Origin: an uncultured delta proteobacterium
GTDB taxonomy: Bacteria > Desulfobacterota > Syntrophobacteria > Syntrophobacterales > Syntrophobacteraceae
Length of the DNA stretch: 64,000 nucleotides
Assembly: GCA_963808625.1 (NCBI GenBank)
Contig: CAWEHK010000030.1
Span: forward strand, 1 to 64,000
Direction of reading: 5' to 3'
The notes beneath the pieces were generated by a model that was not told where the DNA came from, made no database searches, and saw nothing but the letters and a program-made list of their open reading frames with translations. Positions within the stretch are counted from its first letter, which is position 1, and the number at the start of each line of letters is the position of its first letter. The translations under genes were made by a program, and so were the position numbers. Positions 22,657 to 33,193 of this stretch are shown here, one piece after another.

Positions 22657-23831
22657 ATGCTCAAAGATCGTAAGTTTGTCACTACCTCTGCGCCTTCCCC
22701 GGAAAGGATCATGTTGTTTTTCGCGATGGCGTTCCTGCTGATGTTCAGCGTGAGCGCCGGTTCCGCCTGTGCTCAAAGCGATTCCACCATGCCGGGCACC
22801 TACGGCCTGAAGATCTATCACATCAATGAACTCCTATACCCCTATGTTCAAGTGTATTTTCGAACCTTTGACAAGAACATGCAGCCTCTCGTCAACCTGA
22901 ATGAGATGAACATTGGCTTGATGGTCAAAGGCCGCCCTTACGATCCGATGAAACGACAGTACTTCTATTCAGTCCCTCCGCCAGCGACAGGAAGCCACCC
23001 GCACGGTCATTGTAGTTGACGCCAGCAAGTCTATGGCTGGTCTTCCTTTTGAATCGGCTCTGCGGGCCTGCGCTCGTTTTATCGACAGCAAAAGGCCCCA
23101 GGACGAGATTTCCATTCTGGCTATAAGGGATACGAAGGAAGGGTTTGAAATCGTCTCTGAAGACGAGCGGGACGCGGGCGCCTTGGCGCGTCGCCTGGCG
23201 GATGTCAAGTGCGATGGCAGAAAGACCCGGCTCTATGACACCATAGGTGCGGCGCTGGAGGGATGTGGTATGGCTGCTCAGGGTTCTATCGGCTCCGGGC
23301 GGCGCCTATATCTGCTCCTGTTCCGTGGTGGTGTTCTCAGACGGCCAGGATGACGGCAGTGCTATCACGCGGGAAGAACTCAATGCTCGGATTTCGACCA
23401 TGCGCATTCCTATTCCCATCTACAGTCTTGCTTATTCGCGGGTCGGCCACAAGTATTTCCATAACCTGGAGGCCTTATCCAAGAATTCGGTGGGCAAGTA
23501 TTATCTCATCGGAGAAACTTTCGACCGGATGCAAAGGGTCGTTGAAGAGATCCAGAACATCATCCAGAGTGATTATGTTGTCACCTTTCGTTCCTTTGTT
23601 CCTGTAGATGGTAATGAACACACGTTCAAGCTGGGGGTGGAATTCCCCTCTGGCAGCGGGAAATATACCTATGATACGGGCAAATTCGAAGCCGTTGAGT
23701 CCCCACCGCTGCCGCAAATCGAGCAGAAATTGAGCGAGCTAAGCCGTGCCATGCCAGCGCTGCCGGCTGGAATGGAGCCCTATTTCGAGCGACAGGCTGC
23801 ACCGCAACCGGCGAAGGGAGCTGGGCAATAG
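22657..23831 (+). CDS. Exported von Willebrand factor A domain protein (frameshifted)
   Basis: Signal peptide; MIDAS elements VVDASKSM, TRLYD and VVVFSDGQD across three frames. Confidence 0.8.
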
Positions 23832-23852
23832 CGGTCATCACATGGATGTGGA

Positions 23853-24584
23853 ATGAGCAGTGTCATCTCTTTTGGAAAATCTGATCCGGGATTAAGACGT
23901 CCAAAGAATGAGGACGCTTTTCTGGTGAAGGTTGAACTGGGGCTTAACATTCTGGCAGACGGGATGGGGGGAGCTGCGGCAGGGGAGTTGGCCAGTGAGA
24001 TTTTCGTCGAGACTGTTCTCGAAGTCTTTTCCGGGTCAACTCCTGGTTCAGATGAAGAGCGCCTCCAGTTGCTTAAAGAGTCATATGAACTTGCCAACGT
24101 GAGGATTCTTGATCATGTAAAGACCCATCCGCGTCACCGGGGGATGGGTTGTACCTCAGAACTCCTCATCCTCTACGAGAACAGATTTGCACTTGGTCAT
24201 GTTGGTGATAGTCGTACTTATCTTTACCGAAATGGCAGACTCAAACAACTAACTCGAGATCATTCCCTGGTCCAGGATCAAGTGGACCAGGGCCTCCTTA
24301 CCCCTCTCGAAGCCCGAAAACATCATTTGCGGCATGTTATTCTGAGGGCGGTTGGTACCACTGAGATTCTGGCAGTGGATTATATTAGAGGAAACACCTT
24401 GCGTGGTGACTTGTTTCTGCTCTCTTCCGACGGTCTTACAGATATGGTCGACGACAACGGTATCCTTCAAATTCTTGCGATGCCCATCGATCTTGAGAAA
24501 AGGGTCGAAAGACTGATTGATTCAGCCAAAGCCGCTGGTGGGTTTGACAACATTACCGTCATCTTGAGCGAAGTCATCGCATAA
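23853..24584 (+). CDS. PP2C-family Ser/Thr phosphatase (Stp1/PrpC-like)
   Basis: R..NED, ADGMGG, HVGDSR, LTRDHS, SDGLTD and GGFDNIT. Confidence 0.93.
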   Translation: MSSVISFGKSDPGLRRPKNEDAFLVKVELGLNILADGMGGAAAGELASEIFVETVLEVFSGSTPGSDEERLQLLKESYELANVRILDHVKTHPRHRGMGCTSELLILYENRFALGHVGDSRTYLYRNGRLKQLTRDHSLVQDQVDQGLLTPLEARKHHLRHVILRAVGTTEILAVDYIRGNTLRGDLFLLSSDGLTDMVDDNGILQILAMPIDLEKRVERLIDSAKAAGGFDNITVILSEVIA

Positions 24585-24667
24585 TGACTAAAGTCTAAGC
24601 ATCACCAAATCTATGGGATTGGTTCTATGAGATGTGCTCGTCTACCCAGCCGGATAGAGACCCCTCC

Positions 24668-26674
24668 TTACCCCTGCGCCAGCAGTTGCTGATCGCGCAG
24701 GCGCTTGATCTGATCGCGGAGCACGGCGGCCTTTTCGAATTCGAGCTGGGCGGCAGCTTCTTTCATGGCCTTTTCGAAGGCCCGAATCTGGTCGTCGGGG
24801 CTCATTCCCGAGGCCTTCATGCCGAGCAGTTCCTGGGGTTCCATCACGAAATCGAGCGGCGGCAGTTCTTCGCGTGGCTTGTATGCGGCCAGGATGTCGG
24901 TGATTTCTTTGTAGACGGTTTGGGGGGTGATGTGGTGTTCGCATTGTAGGCCAATTGGATCTCGCGGCGGCGCTCGGTTTCGTCGATGGCCCGGCGCATG
25001 GATTCGGTGATGCGGTTGGCGTAGAGGATGACCAGCCCGTCGACATTGCGGGCGGCCCGGCCGGCGGTCTGGATGAGGGAGCGATCGGAGCGCAGGAAGC
25101 CTTCGTTGTCGGCGTCCAGGACGGCCACCAGCGAAACTTCCGGAATATCCAGCCCCTCTCGGAGCAGGTTGATCCCCACCAGCACGTCGTATTCACCGAG
25201 CCGGAGGTCCCTCACCAGTTCGATCCGTTCGAGGGTCTTGATGTCCGAATGCAGGTAGCGGACGCGGATGTTCAGTTCGTCCAGATACTCGGTGAGGTCT
25301 TCGGCCATGCGTTTGGTGAGGGTCGTGACCAGCACCCGGTTGCCGGCCTTGACCTGCTTCCTGATTTCCCCGATGAGGTCGTCCACCTGGAAGTCGGCCG
25401 GGCGCACTTCGATGCTTGGGTCGACCAATCCGGTCGGGCGAATGATCTGCTCCACCACGCTGGTCGGCGGATCCGTTCCAGTTCGTAGGGCCCGGCGTGG
25501 CGGAAACGTAGATGACCTGGTTGATCTTCTTCTGAATTCTTCAAAGGAGAGCGGACGGTTGTCCAAGGCTGACGGCAGCCGGAAGCCGTAGCGGACGAGG
25601 GTTTCCTTGCGCGCCCGGTCGCCCCGGTACATGCCGCGCAGCTGGGGCACCGTGATGTGGCTCTCGTCGATGAAAAGCAGCCAGTCGTCCGGGAAATAGT
25701 CGATCAGGGTCGCGGGCGGCTCGCCGGGCCGGCGCCCGTCGAGATGGCTTGAATAGTTTTCGATCCCGTGCAGTAGCCCAGCTCCAGGAGCATCTCGAGG
25801 TCCATGCGGGTGCGCTCTTCCAGGCGCTGGGCTTCCACCAGCTTCCCTCGCCGGTAGAACTCCTCGAGCGCCTGCGAGAGCTCGAGCTGGATGGCCTTGA
25901 CCGCCCGGTCAAGGTTGTCCGGGTCGTCACGTAATGGGTCCCGGGGTAGATGGCGACGTTCTCCAGGGCTTGCAGACCGCTTCCCGGTCAGCGGGTCGAT
26001 TTCCTTGATGCTGTCGATTTCGTCGCCGAAGAACTCGACCCTGACGGCCCGGTCCTCCTCATGGCTCGGAAAGATCTCCAGAACATCGCCCCGGACCCGA
26101 AAGGTCCCCCGATGGAAATCATCGTCATTGCGCTGGTACTGGATTTCCACCAATTTGCGCAGCACGTCTTCGCGGGCGATCTCCATCCCGCTCCTGAGCT
26201 GCAGCAGCATTTCCCGGTACGTTTCGGGAGAACCCAGGCCATAGATGCACGAGACGCTGGCGACGATGATGACATCGCGGCGTTCGAGCAGGGAACGGGT
26301 TGCGGAATGGCGCATTTTGTCGATGGTTTCGTTGATGGAAGCATCCTTGGCAATGTAGGTGTCGGTCTGAGGGACATAGGCTTCGGGCTGGTAGTAATCA
26401 TAGTAGGAGACGAAATATTCGACGGCGTGTTCCGGAAAGGACTCTTGAACTCCCCGTAAAGCTGGGCCGCCAGGGTCTTGTTGGGGGCAATCACCAGGGT
26501 GGGCTTTTGCACCGTGGCGATGACATGGGCCATGGTGAAGGTTTTGCCGGAACCGGTAACGCCCAGCAGGGTCTGTTCTCGAAAGCCTTCCCGGAGGCCC
26601 GCGGCAAGGCTCGCAATGGCCTGCGGCTGGTCTCCCGTCGGGTGCATCTCACTGCGTAACCTGAAGTTCCCCAT
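24668..26674 (-). CDS. uvrB: Excinuclease ABC subunit B (multiple frameshifts)
   Basis: [66 protein letters not shown] and C-terminal UVR domain. Confidence 0.95.
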
Positions 26675-26828
26675 GGAACGATACTTGTTTATGCTGAGGG
26701 CCTTCCTTTTGTTAGACTTAGGAATCAACCGCAGAGACGCAGAGATCGCAGAGAAATCTTATCATTTCAGAACAAAATCACTCTGTGCACTCTGCGTTCT
26801 CCGCGGTGAAAAAAAGAAATATTGATCC

Positions 26829-28907
26829 TTAACGAGCATCAGTGCTTTTTTCGCGAGCCACGCGCCGCAACACGGCACTCACTTCTTCAATTCGGAAGGG
26901 TTTGGCAAGGGCGCCTCGAAACCCGTATTCGGCAAAATCGGCCATGACCGGGTCGTCACCATATCCGCTTGCGGCAACAGCTTTTACCGAGGGATCGATT
27001 TGGCGCAGGGCCCGCACGGTATCTTTTCCGCCCATCCCGGCACGCACCGTCAGGTCCAGGATAACCATGTCGAAGGGGAGCCCTTTGTCTTTTGCCTCCG
27101 CGAAGAGGGCAACGGCCCCGGCGCCGTCGCTTGCCGCGTGGACCTCGTAGCCAAGGTGATGGAGCAACTGCCGACCGATGTTTCTGACCATTTCGTCATC
27201 TTCCATGAAGAGGACCTTTCCGACGCCGGAGAAGGCCTTTACCTCAGAGTCTGTTCTTACTTCATCGGGCTTCTCTTCGGAAGCAGGGAGATAAATCTGT
27301 ACTAACGTCCCGATCGTGGGGCCGGAGTGCATGCTGATGTGTCCCTCATGGCGCTTGACGATCGCATAGGCCACGCTGAGTCCGAGCCCCATTCCCCTCT
27401 GCGCACCCCTCTCCTTGGTACTGAAATAGGGGTCGAATACTCTTGGCAAATGCTGCTTCGGGGACCCCGATCCCGGAATCCTTGATCGTGAGTTTGACAT
27501 ACTCGCCCGGTTTCAGTGAAGGGACTTCGACTGGCCCCAGCGTAACGTTCACTGCGGCAATCTCGATGACCCCCCCATCCGGCATGGCTTCCTTGGAGTT
27601 CAGGACGAGGTTTACAACCATCTGGTGGATCTGCCCGGGGTCGCATAAGACCGGCCGGAGGTCGTCATCGATCTGGAATGCGCATCTAATGTTGGACCCG
27701 CTCAGGGCGAGTTCGACCGCATCGCTTATGGCGTTGCGGATCGAAATGGTGCTCTTGACGGGCACCTCACCCGTGGCAAGGGAAGTCAACTGCCTGGTCA
27801 GGTGCCTTGCCTGAAGGGACGCTCGTTCAGCACCACTCAGCAAGTTGGTCGGTTCTTCTTCGGATGCGACGAGATTGCGGGCAAGAGAAATGCTGCCCAT
27901 GATTGCCGTGAGCAAATTGTTAAAGTCATGGGCAATACCGGCCGCCAGGATGCTGAGGGATTCGAGCTTCTGGGCTTTGAGCAGATCTTCTTCAGTCTTG
28001 CTCCGGATATCCATTTCATGTCGAAGCCTCTCGTTCAATTCCTGCAAGTCTTTGGTGCGCTCAGCAATGCGCGCTTCGAGGTCATCATTGGCGCGTTTCA
28101 GGGCGTCTTCCGCTAGACGGCCGTGTTCCCTGCTTTCCGCGAGGCTGTTCGACATATGATTGATGGCGTTGACCAGATCTCCCAGTTCATCCCGGTCCCC
28201 ACGCTCCAACTGCTCACCGAAATCTCCGTCGGCGATAGCCTTGCATCGCGTGATCATCTGAGTGATGGGGGTGGTAACCTGGGAGGCCAGGTAGCGGCTC
28301 AGGAAGATTGCCAGCATGAAACCAAACATCAATGAAACGAGTCCGGAAAAATGGAATTTGCGGAACTTGTTTTGGACTTCTGAGGCATCCATATCGATAC
28401 CGATGAGATAGCGGCCTTCCCCATTTCTTATGGGAGCGTACCCGGACAGGGTCGCACCCCACTCATCGGTGACAATTTCATGGTCCACGGAGGGTTGGTC
28501 AAATCCCTCCTTCAACTCGGGTACAGAAGTATGATACTCGCGACCCGGAAGGCCTGCCCATCCGTTTCATCGGAATCAATGACAAAGGTGATGCGGTCCC
28601 CCGCCCGGCGCATCACATACATGTAGGAAATGTCCGGATTGGCGCGTCGGGAGGTCCGGAGCAATTCCAGGTACTCCTGATAGATCGGTAAAGCTTGATC
28701 GGCTTTTCCCTGAATTTCTTCGAGCCTGGTGGCGTCCAGGATCTGGCTGAGCAGCGCCGCGCTGCTGCTCAACCGGGACTCCAGGCTGACCTCCAAGCTT
28801 TCAACGGCGCTCAGGTAAAGGTACACGCCTGCCGTCGCGCCGACCAGCAGCACGATCAGGAGGTGGCTAAGAAACAATTTCCTTTGAAGCGGCAAGTTGA
28901 GTCCCAT
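26829..28907 (-). CDS. Hybrid sensor histidine kinase (periplasmic sensor-HAMP-HisKA-HATPase-REC), frameshifted
   Basis: Two TM helices, HAMP DELGDL, H-box AHDFNNLL, G-boxes DSGIG and GMGLGL, and receiver VILDLT...AKPF. Confidence 0.9.
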
Positions 28908-29159
28908 AACTCTTCGGAAACCTTTAACATGAGTTTGTCATCCCCAATCCGTCATCCCACATCCGAAATCCGAAATCTCAAAAAAGCTATCCACGAATTC
29001 ACACGAAGATCAACGAAGACACACGAATACAGATCAATAACTAACCCAATCGGATATCCCATATCCAGATTCCGAGGTTCGCCGTCACAAGTCCGCTCAA
29101 CGGCCATACTCGAGTGCACACGAAATTTGCTGAAGACACACGAATCGGCATGCCTGCCT

Positions 29160-29222
29160 CCAATCCACCATCAACCCATCAACCCATCCACCATCAACCC
29201 TCAACCATCCACCATCAACCAT
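29160..29222. repeat. Heptamer tandem repeat (CCATCAA)n
   Basis: Directly visible at the stop of the dikinase-like gene. Confidence 0.75.
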
Positions 29223-32127
29223 CCCCAAGAAATGCCTTCAGGCCGTTCAGGACTTCCGACAGCTTCTCCTTGCTGAAGCGGACACCATAAGCGGCGATCA
29301 CCGAATGGCGCCGAAAGGGGTCGATTTCAAACTGCCAGGGACGAAGCTCAATGCGTTTGCCTTTCTTCTCGAGAAACGCCTGAAAGGTTTTGACGTCGGC
29401 GACGAGCTTTTCGTATTCCTCTTTGCCATAGAACGTTCCGTCAAATTCGCCGAAAGAGCAATTACCGAAAGTTAGAAGAAGGTCTCCGGTGGGGCCTGAG
29501 GTGGTGACTTCCCGGGTGATCCGAAATTCGGGATAGAGGGCGAAAAAGGGATCCAACTGATAGAGCTCGAGGTCTTCGCCTTCCGGGATTTTGCTGTGAA
29601 GGTCGATGGGACATCCGTGTTTGCACTGGTCCAGGAAGGTCCTGAGGTAGCGGACCAGAAGATCGAAGTCGTGGTGCGGGATGGCCAGTCCGATGCTGAT
29701 GATCCGCTGGTGGCCGCTGCCCATGAAGGGTTCTCCCTGGAGCATGCGAACCTTCTCGTGCAGGTCGGGATTGACCTGCGAGAGGTAGGCCAGGAACTGC
29801 CCGGCCAGAATTTCCTTCTCCGCAAAATCCAGCGCTCCCGGCCCGATTTGGATCTTGTCAAGATCCTGGCCGTATTCAAAGTTGCTGGCGAGAATGAGAT
29901 GATTGTAATCACCCACCCGGACGACGTGGAACCCTTCTTCTTCAAATTCCCGCACCATACTCATCGTGCGGTTTTTCAGGAAGATGTCACGGATCACGTC
30001 ATTTTCGGTTTCGCCGCGGGTTTTGGCCTGCTGCACCATGAGCTCGTGGACCCAGTGCGTATTCCAGGTGGTGCAGAGCATGAGTGCGCGGAGGACCTTG
30101 CGCACCTCGCGGTCCAACTGATTGCCTTGGTAGCTCAACTCCTGGCCGAAAACAAAATCGTCAATCCGCACATCCTTAAACCAGAGAACACGTTCGCGAT
30201 CACGTTCCGGAATATAGCGCAAATAGGCGCTGAAGGTCTCCAGGAGCTCTTTCCGGGTAATGCCCGAATCCTGATCTCTGAGCCGTCTTTCCAGGTGCTG
30301 ATAGTGGTCCAGCTCCAGTTCCCACTGATAATGCAAATCCAGCAGCGCTTCGTAGTCCCACTGGTCATAGGCGGCAGCGTCAAATTGATTGCGGAGGTAT
30401 TCCCAATCCACATAGAGTTTCTTCCGGTTCTTGCGATCTTCGAGGAAATCCGGGGCTTCCGTATAACCGACAAGGCCGCGCTCGCCATCAACGAAAACCC
30501 TCTTCCCCAGGTACCGGGTCAGGGCCGCCTCGGGATTCAGGACCATCTCGTCGCCGTCCGAGAGGACCAGGGGCTTGCCGCCGACATCGACCAGGTTGAT
30601 GAGATAGGGTTTGCTGTAGGCCACTGCGGAGACCGCTTCATGGCCGGTGGTGTTCCCCTCGTAGCGGACGATCCCCCGCACATGGGGATGATTGACTGCT
30701 TCCGTTTCCCCGAAGGGGCGGCGGCCGAGCATAATAACGTCTTCTCCCTGCTCAGCGAGGGCGATGGCGGATTCCGTCCCCAACACCAGCACCCCACTGT
30801 CCGCCGTGTCGGTTATCGGTTCCCCCCGGGCAAGAATCTCGTAGTCGGTGAAGTCGCACCTCAGCGTCTTCTCAGTTTGTTCGAGGGCGGTATTGATGAT
30901 CATTGAAGCGAGCTGGATGCTGGTCTTGCCCTCATCCACGAAATCCCACATGGCGCGCAAGGCGGCATTGGAAGTCATGCGCAAAGGGCGCCGCTGGAGG
31001 AGATAGAGCTTCCGATTCTCGACGGTAAATTCCATATCCAGAGGGCGCTTGACGCGGGTTTCGAAGCCCTCTTTCACCAGGAGAAGCCGCTCATAAATAT
31101 CCGGGAACTGTTCCTGAAGGTCTCTCGTGTGGAAGAGCTGCTTTCGCAGTTTTCCGGAGACGATCTTGTCGCACTGGACTTTGAGGGCCCATTCGACGTT
31201 GGGAAAATTGGCACCGGTGCGTTGATCTCTGGTGAACAGAACCCCGCTCAGGCAATTTCGGTCATCCCGATTGCCAAAAACCATCTCCTGAATGACCACC
31301 GCCGTTCCCATATCGTCGGACACCCCCCCCTCGCCGGGGAGACGGCTGCGCCGCGCTTCGATCGCGGCAGCAGACATCCATGAATCGAGGACTGCTTCGA
31401 TGGCGTAGTGGAGCTGTTTTGGAACGTCAGTCTCGAATCCGGACGGGAACTTGGGATGCTGCGCTCGCGCGAGAACTTCCTTGAAGGCAACGATCAATTC
31501 CTTGAGAAGAGGGACGGGAAGCGTGCCTTCGTCGCCTGCCCCGAAGCGCTTGATGAGATTATAAAAGTGATCGTAGTGAATCTGGAGCACCACTTCACCG
31601 TACATGCGGATGGCGGTGAGATAGGTGGTGAGCACGAAGCTTTCATCTTCACCGCCGGCAATGAGTGCGGCGGCGATTTCGTCGTTCAGACCGACGTTGA
31701 GGAGGGTCCCGATGGCGCCGGGCATCGAGATCGGCGCCCCCCCGCGCACGGCTACGATGAGCGGGGCGGTCCCGCAGAACTCTCCCAGGCGGCATCCCTT
31801 CCGCTCTTCCAGCGCCCGCAATTCATCCTGAACGGCGGCGAACTGCTCTCCGTCGAGACGGTCGCCCGCCTGGTGATAGGCCTTCCACAAGTCAGTCGTC
31901 AGGATGAATCCATCCGGCACGGCCAGTACGTCTTCCATGCCGGGAAAAAACTCCTTGATGTGCTGGAAATCTTCCACCAGCTTGGCGCCCTTGGCGCCGA
32001 GCAGTTCGATCTGGGTCGAATCGGCGCGATCAAAAGCAATGACCAAAGGCTCACTTGGCATGGGCTTCCTCCCCGGCTCGAGCTCAGACAGCGCTGCGCT
32101 CTGCACCACCGCGTTAAAGTTCGTCAT
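29215..32127 (-). CDS. PPDK-like protein: nucleotide-binding (ATP-grasp) domain + swivelling phospho-His domain + unrecognised C-terminal domain
   Basis: LLGAKGAKL, VPDGFILTT, AVRGGAPISMPG, GTAVVIQEMVFGN, SGVLFTRD, DMEFTVE..LYLLQ.R and GNTTGHEAV. Intact 970-aa ORF with no PEP/pyruvate-barrel motifs. Confidence 0.8.
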   Translation of the reverse strand: MTNFNAVVQSAALSELEPGRKPMPSEPLVIAFDRADSTQIELLGAKGAKLVEDFQHIKEFFPGMEDVLAVPDGFILTTDLWKAYHQAGDRLDGEQFAAVQDELRALEERKGCRLGEFCGTAPLIVAVRGGAPISMPGAIGTLLNVGLNDEIAAALIAGGEDESFVLTTYLTAIRMYGEVVLQIHYDHFYNLIKRFGAGDEGTLPVPLLKELIVAFKEVLARAQHPKFPSGFETDVPKQLHYAIEAVLDSWMSAAAIEARRSRLPGEGGVSDDMGTAVVIQEMVFGNRDDRNCLSGVLFTRDQRTGANFPNVEWALKVQCDKIVSGKLRKQLFHTRDLQEQFPDIYERLLLVKEGFETRVKRPLDMEFTVENRKLYLLQRRPLRMTSNAALRAMWDFVDEGKTSIQLASMIINTALEQTEKTLRCDFTDYEILARGEPITDTADSGVLVLGTESAIALAEQGEDVIMLGRRPFGETEAVNHPHVRGIVRYEGNTTGHEAVSAVAYSKPYLINLVDVGGKPLVLSDGDEMVLNPEAALTRYLGKRVFVDGERGLVGYTEAPDFLEDRKNRKKLYVDWEYLRNQFDAAAYDQWDYEALLDLHYQWELELDHYQHLERRLRDQDSGITRKELLETFSAYLRYIPERDRERVLWFKDVRIDDFVFGQELSYQGNQLDREVRKVLRALMLCTTWNTHWVHELMVQQAKTRGETENDVIRDIFLKNRTMSMVREFEEEGFHVVRVGDYNHLILASNFEYGQDLDKIQIGPGALDFAEKEILAGQFLAYLSQVNPDLHEKVRMLQGEPFMGSGHQRIISIGLAIPHHDFDLLVRYLRTFLDQCKHGCPIDLHSKIPEGEDLELYQLDPFFALYPEFRITREVTTSGPTGDLLLTFGNCSFGEFDGTFYGKEEYEKLVADVKTFQAFLEKKGKRIELRPWQFEIDPFRRHSVIAAYGVRFSKEKLSEVLNGLKAFLGDG

Positions 32128-32878
32128 AGGTAATCAGCCTGACCGGGAACGGCAGGTCTTGAGGCCTCCAGGATGACAGGAGCGCGGTTTCCTCGGCAAA
32201 CTTCTCATTCCCCGGATGAACCATCAATTCCAGTGTAGCATAAGGCAGTTCACCATGCCTGGCAACCTCCAGGAATGTGGCGAAATCGGTAAAACATGCC
32301 GTGGTCCTCGTGCGGTAGAGGTTTCTCAGGGCGAAATTCCAAACGGCTTTTCCGTACAGAAGAAGGGGTGAGGGGAAGACTTTGCCGGGCGCATAGAGGT
32401 TCTTGGATATGCGCACTTTCCTGATGCCGAAACGGCGCTGCAGGCGCTTCAAGATTCCAAAAAACCGGGGCTGAGTGTGGATGTACTGGTGCGAATCCAG
32501 GTGGCTTATGCTGATCCCGTGCTGTTGCAGACGCTCGACCTGGGCACACAGTTCACGAAAGATCCCCTCGAGCACGCTGCAGGGCAAGTGTCCATAGCTT
32601 GCCAATTTCCTGAAATTGCCCGCGTCATCCAGCAATGGCTCCAGCATGCGGCTGGGGCAAAGAGGGCGTCCGCCGGTCAGGTTCAGATGGACGCCGAATG
32701 AGAGGCTGCTCCTCGCGTGCGCAAGGGCAACCGCTTCCGCCCAGCAGGGACCGTTGGCCATGATCGTTGCCGAGGTAACCAGGCCCGCTTCCATGAGGGC
32801 CCGGGCGCCGTCGTTTACCTGACGGCTCCAACCGAGGTCGTCGGCGTTAACAATGATCCGTTTCGTGGGAGCGGCCAT
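32114..32878 (-). CDS. YdjC/ChbG-family carbohydrate deacetylase
   Basis: IVNADDLG, GVHLNLT, SHLDSHQYIH and ELMVHPG. Confidence 0.9.
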   Translation of the reverse strand: MAAPTKRIIVNADDLGWSRQVNDGARALMEAGLVTSATIMANGPCWAEAVALAHARSSLSFGVHLNLTGGRPLCPSRMLEPLLDDAGNFRKLASYGHLPCSVLEGIFRELCAQVERLQQHGISISHLDSHQYIHTQPRFFGILKRLQRRFGIRKVRISKNLYAPGKVFPSPLLLYGKAVWNFALRNLYRTRTTACFTDFATFLEVARHGELPYATLELMVHPGNEKFAEETALLSSWRPQDLPFPVRLITYDEL

Positions 32879-33193
32879 TTTTTTATACTTATTTGAGTTT
32901 GAGAAGTTACCTTTTTTGATTCACGCGGAGGCGCGGAGATCGCGGAGAAAGACCATTGACATAAGGCTCTGCGTCCTCTGCGCCTCCGCGTGAAAATGAA
33001 GCCTTTGACCTTCGCGAGTACAACATCCTCTCGCAAAGCTCCACCGAACAGTGTCAACCGTATCCCCGGTCGTCCATGCAATGCTTCTGGTTGTACTCAT
33101 TTCAGTCCTTTTTCGAACCACGAAGAACACGAAGACACAGCACGAAGAAATCACTTCGTGTCCTTCGTGTTCTTCGTGGTAAAGACAGGCCCT

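Larger units (their letters stand above)
12268..24667. mobile_element. Putative genomic island between the duplicated uvrB 3' ends
   Basis: Bounded by two direct repeats of about 570 bp. All cargo genes are on the + strand. No integrase or transposase inside. Confidence 0.65.

Noticed and set aside
18404..24584. Type VI secretion locus (PpkA/PppA/Fha)
   Set aside because: No Tss, Hcp, VgrG or ClpV genes; the FHA domains are fused to an ABC transporter.
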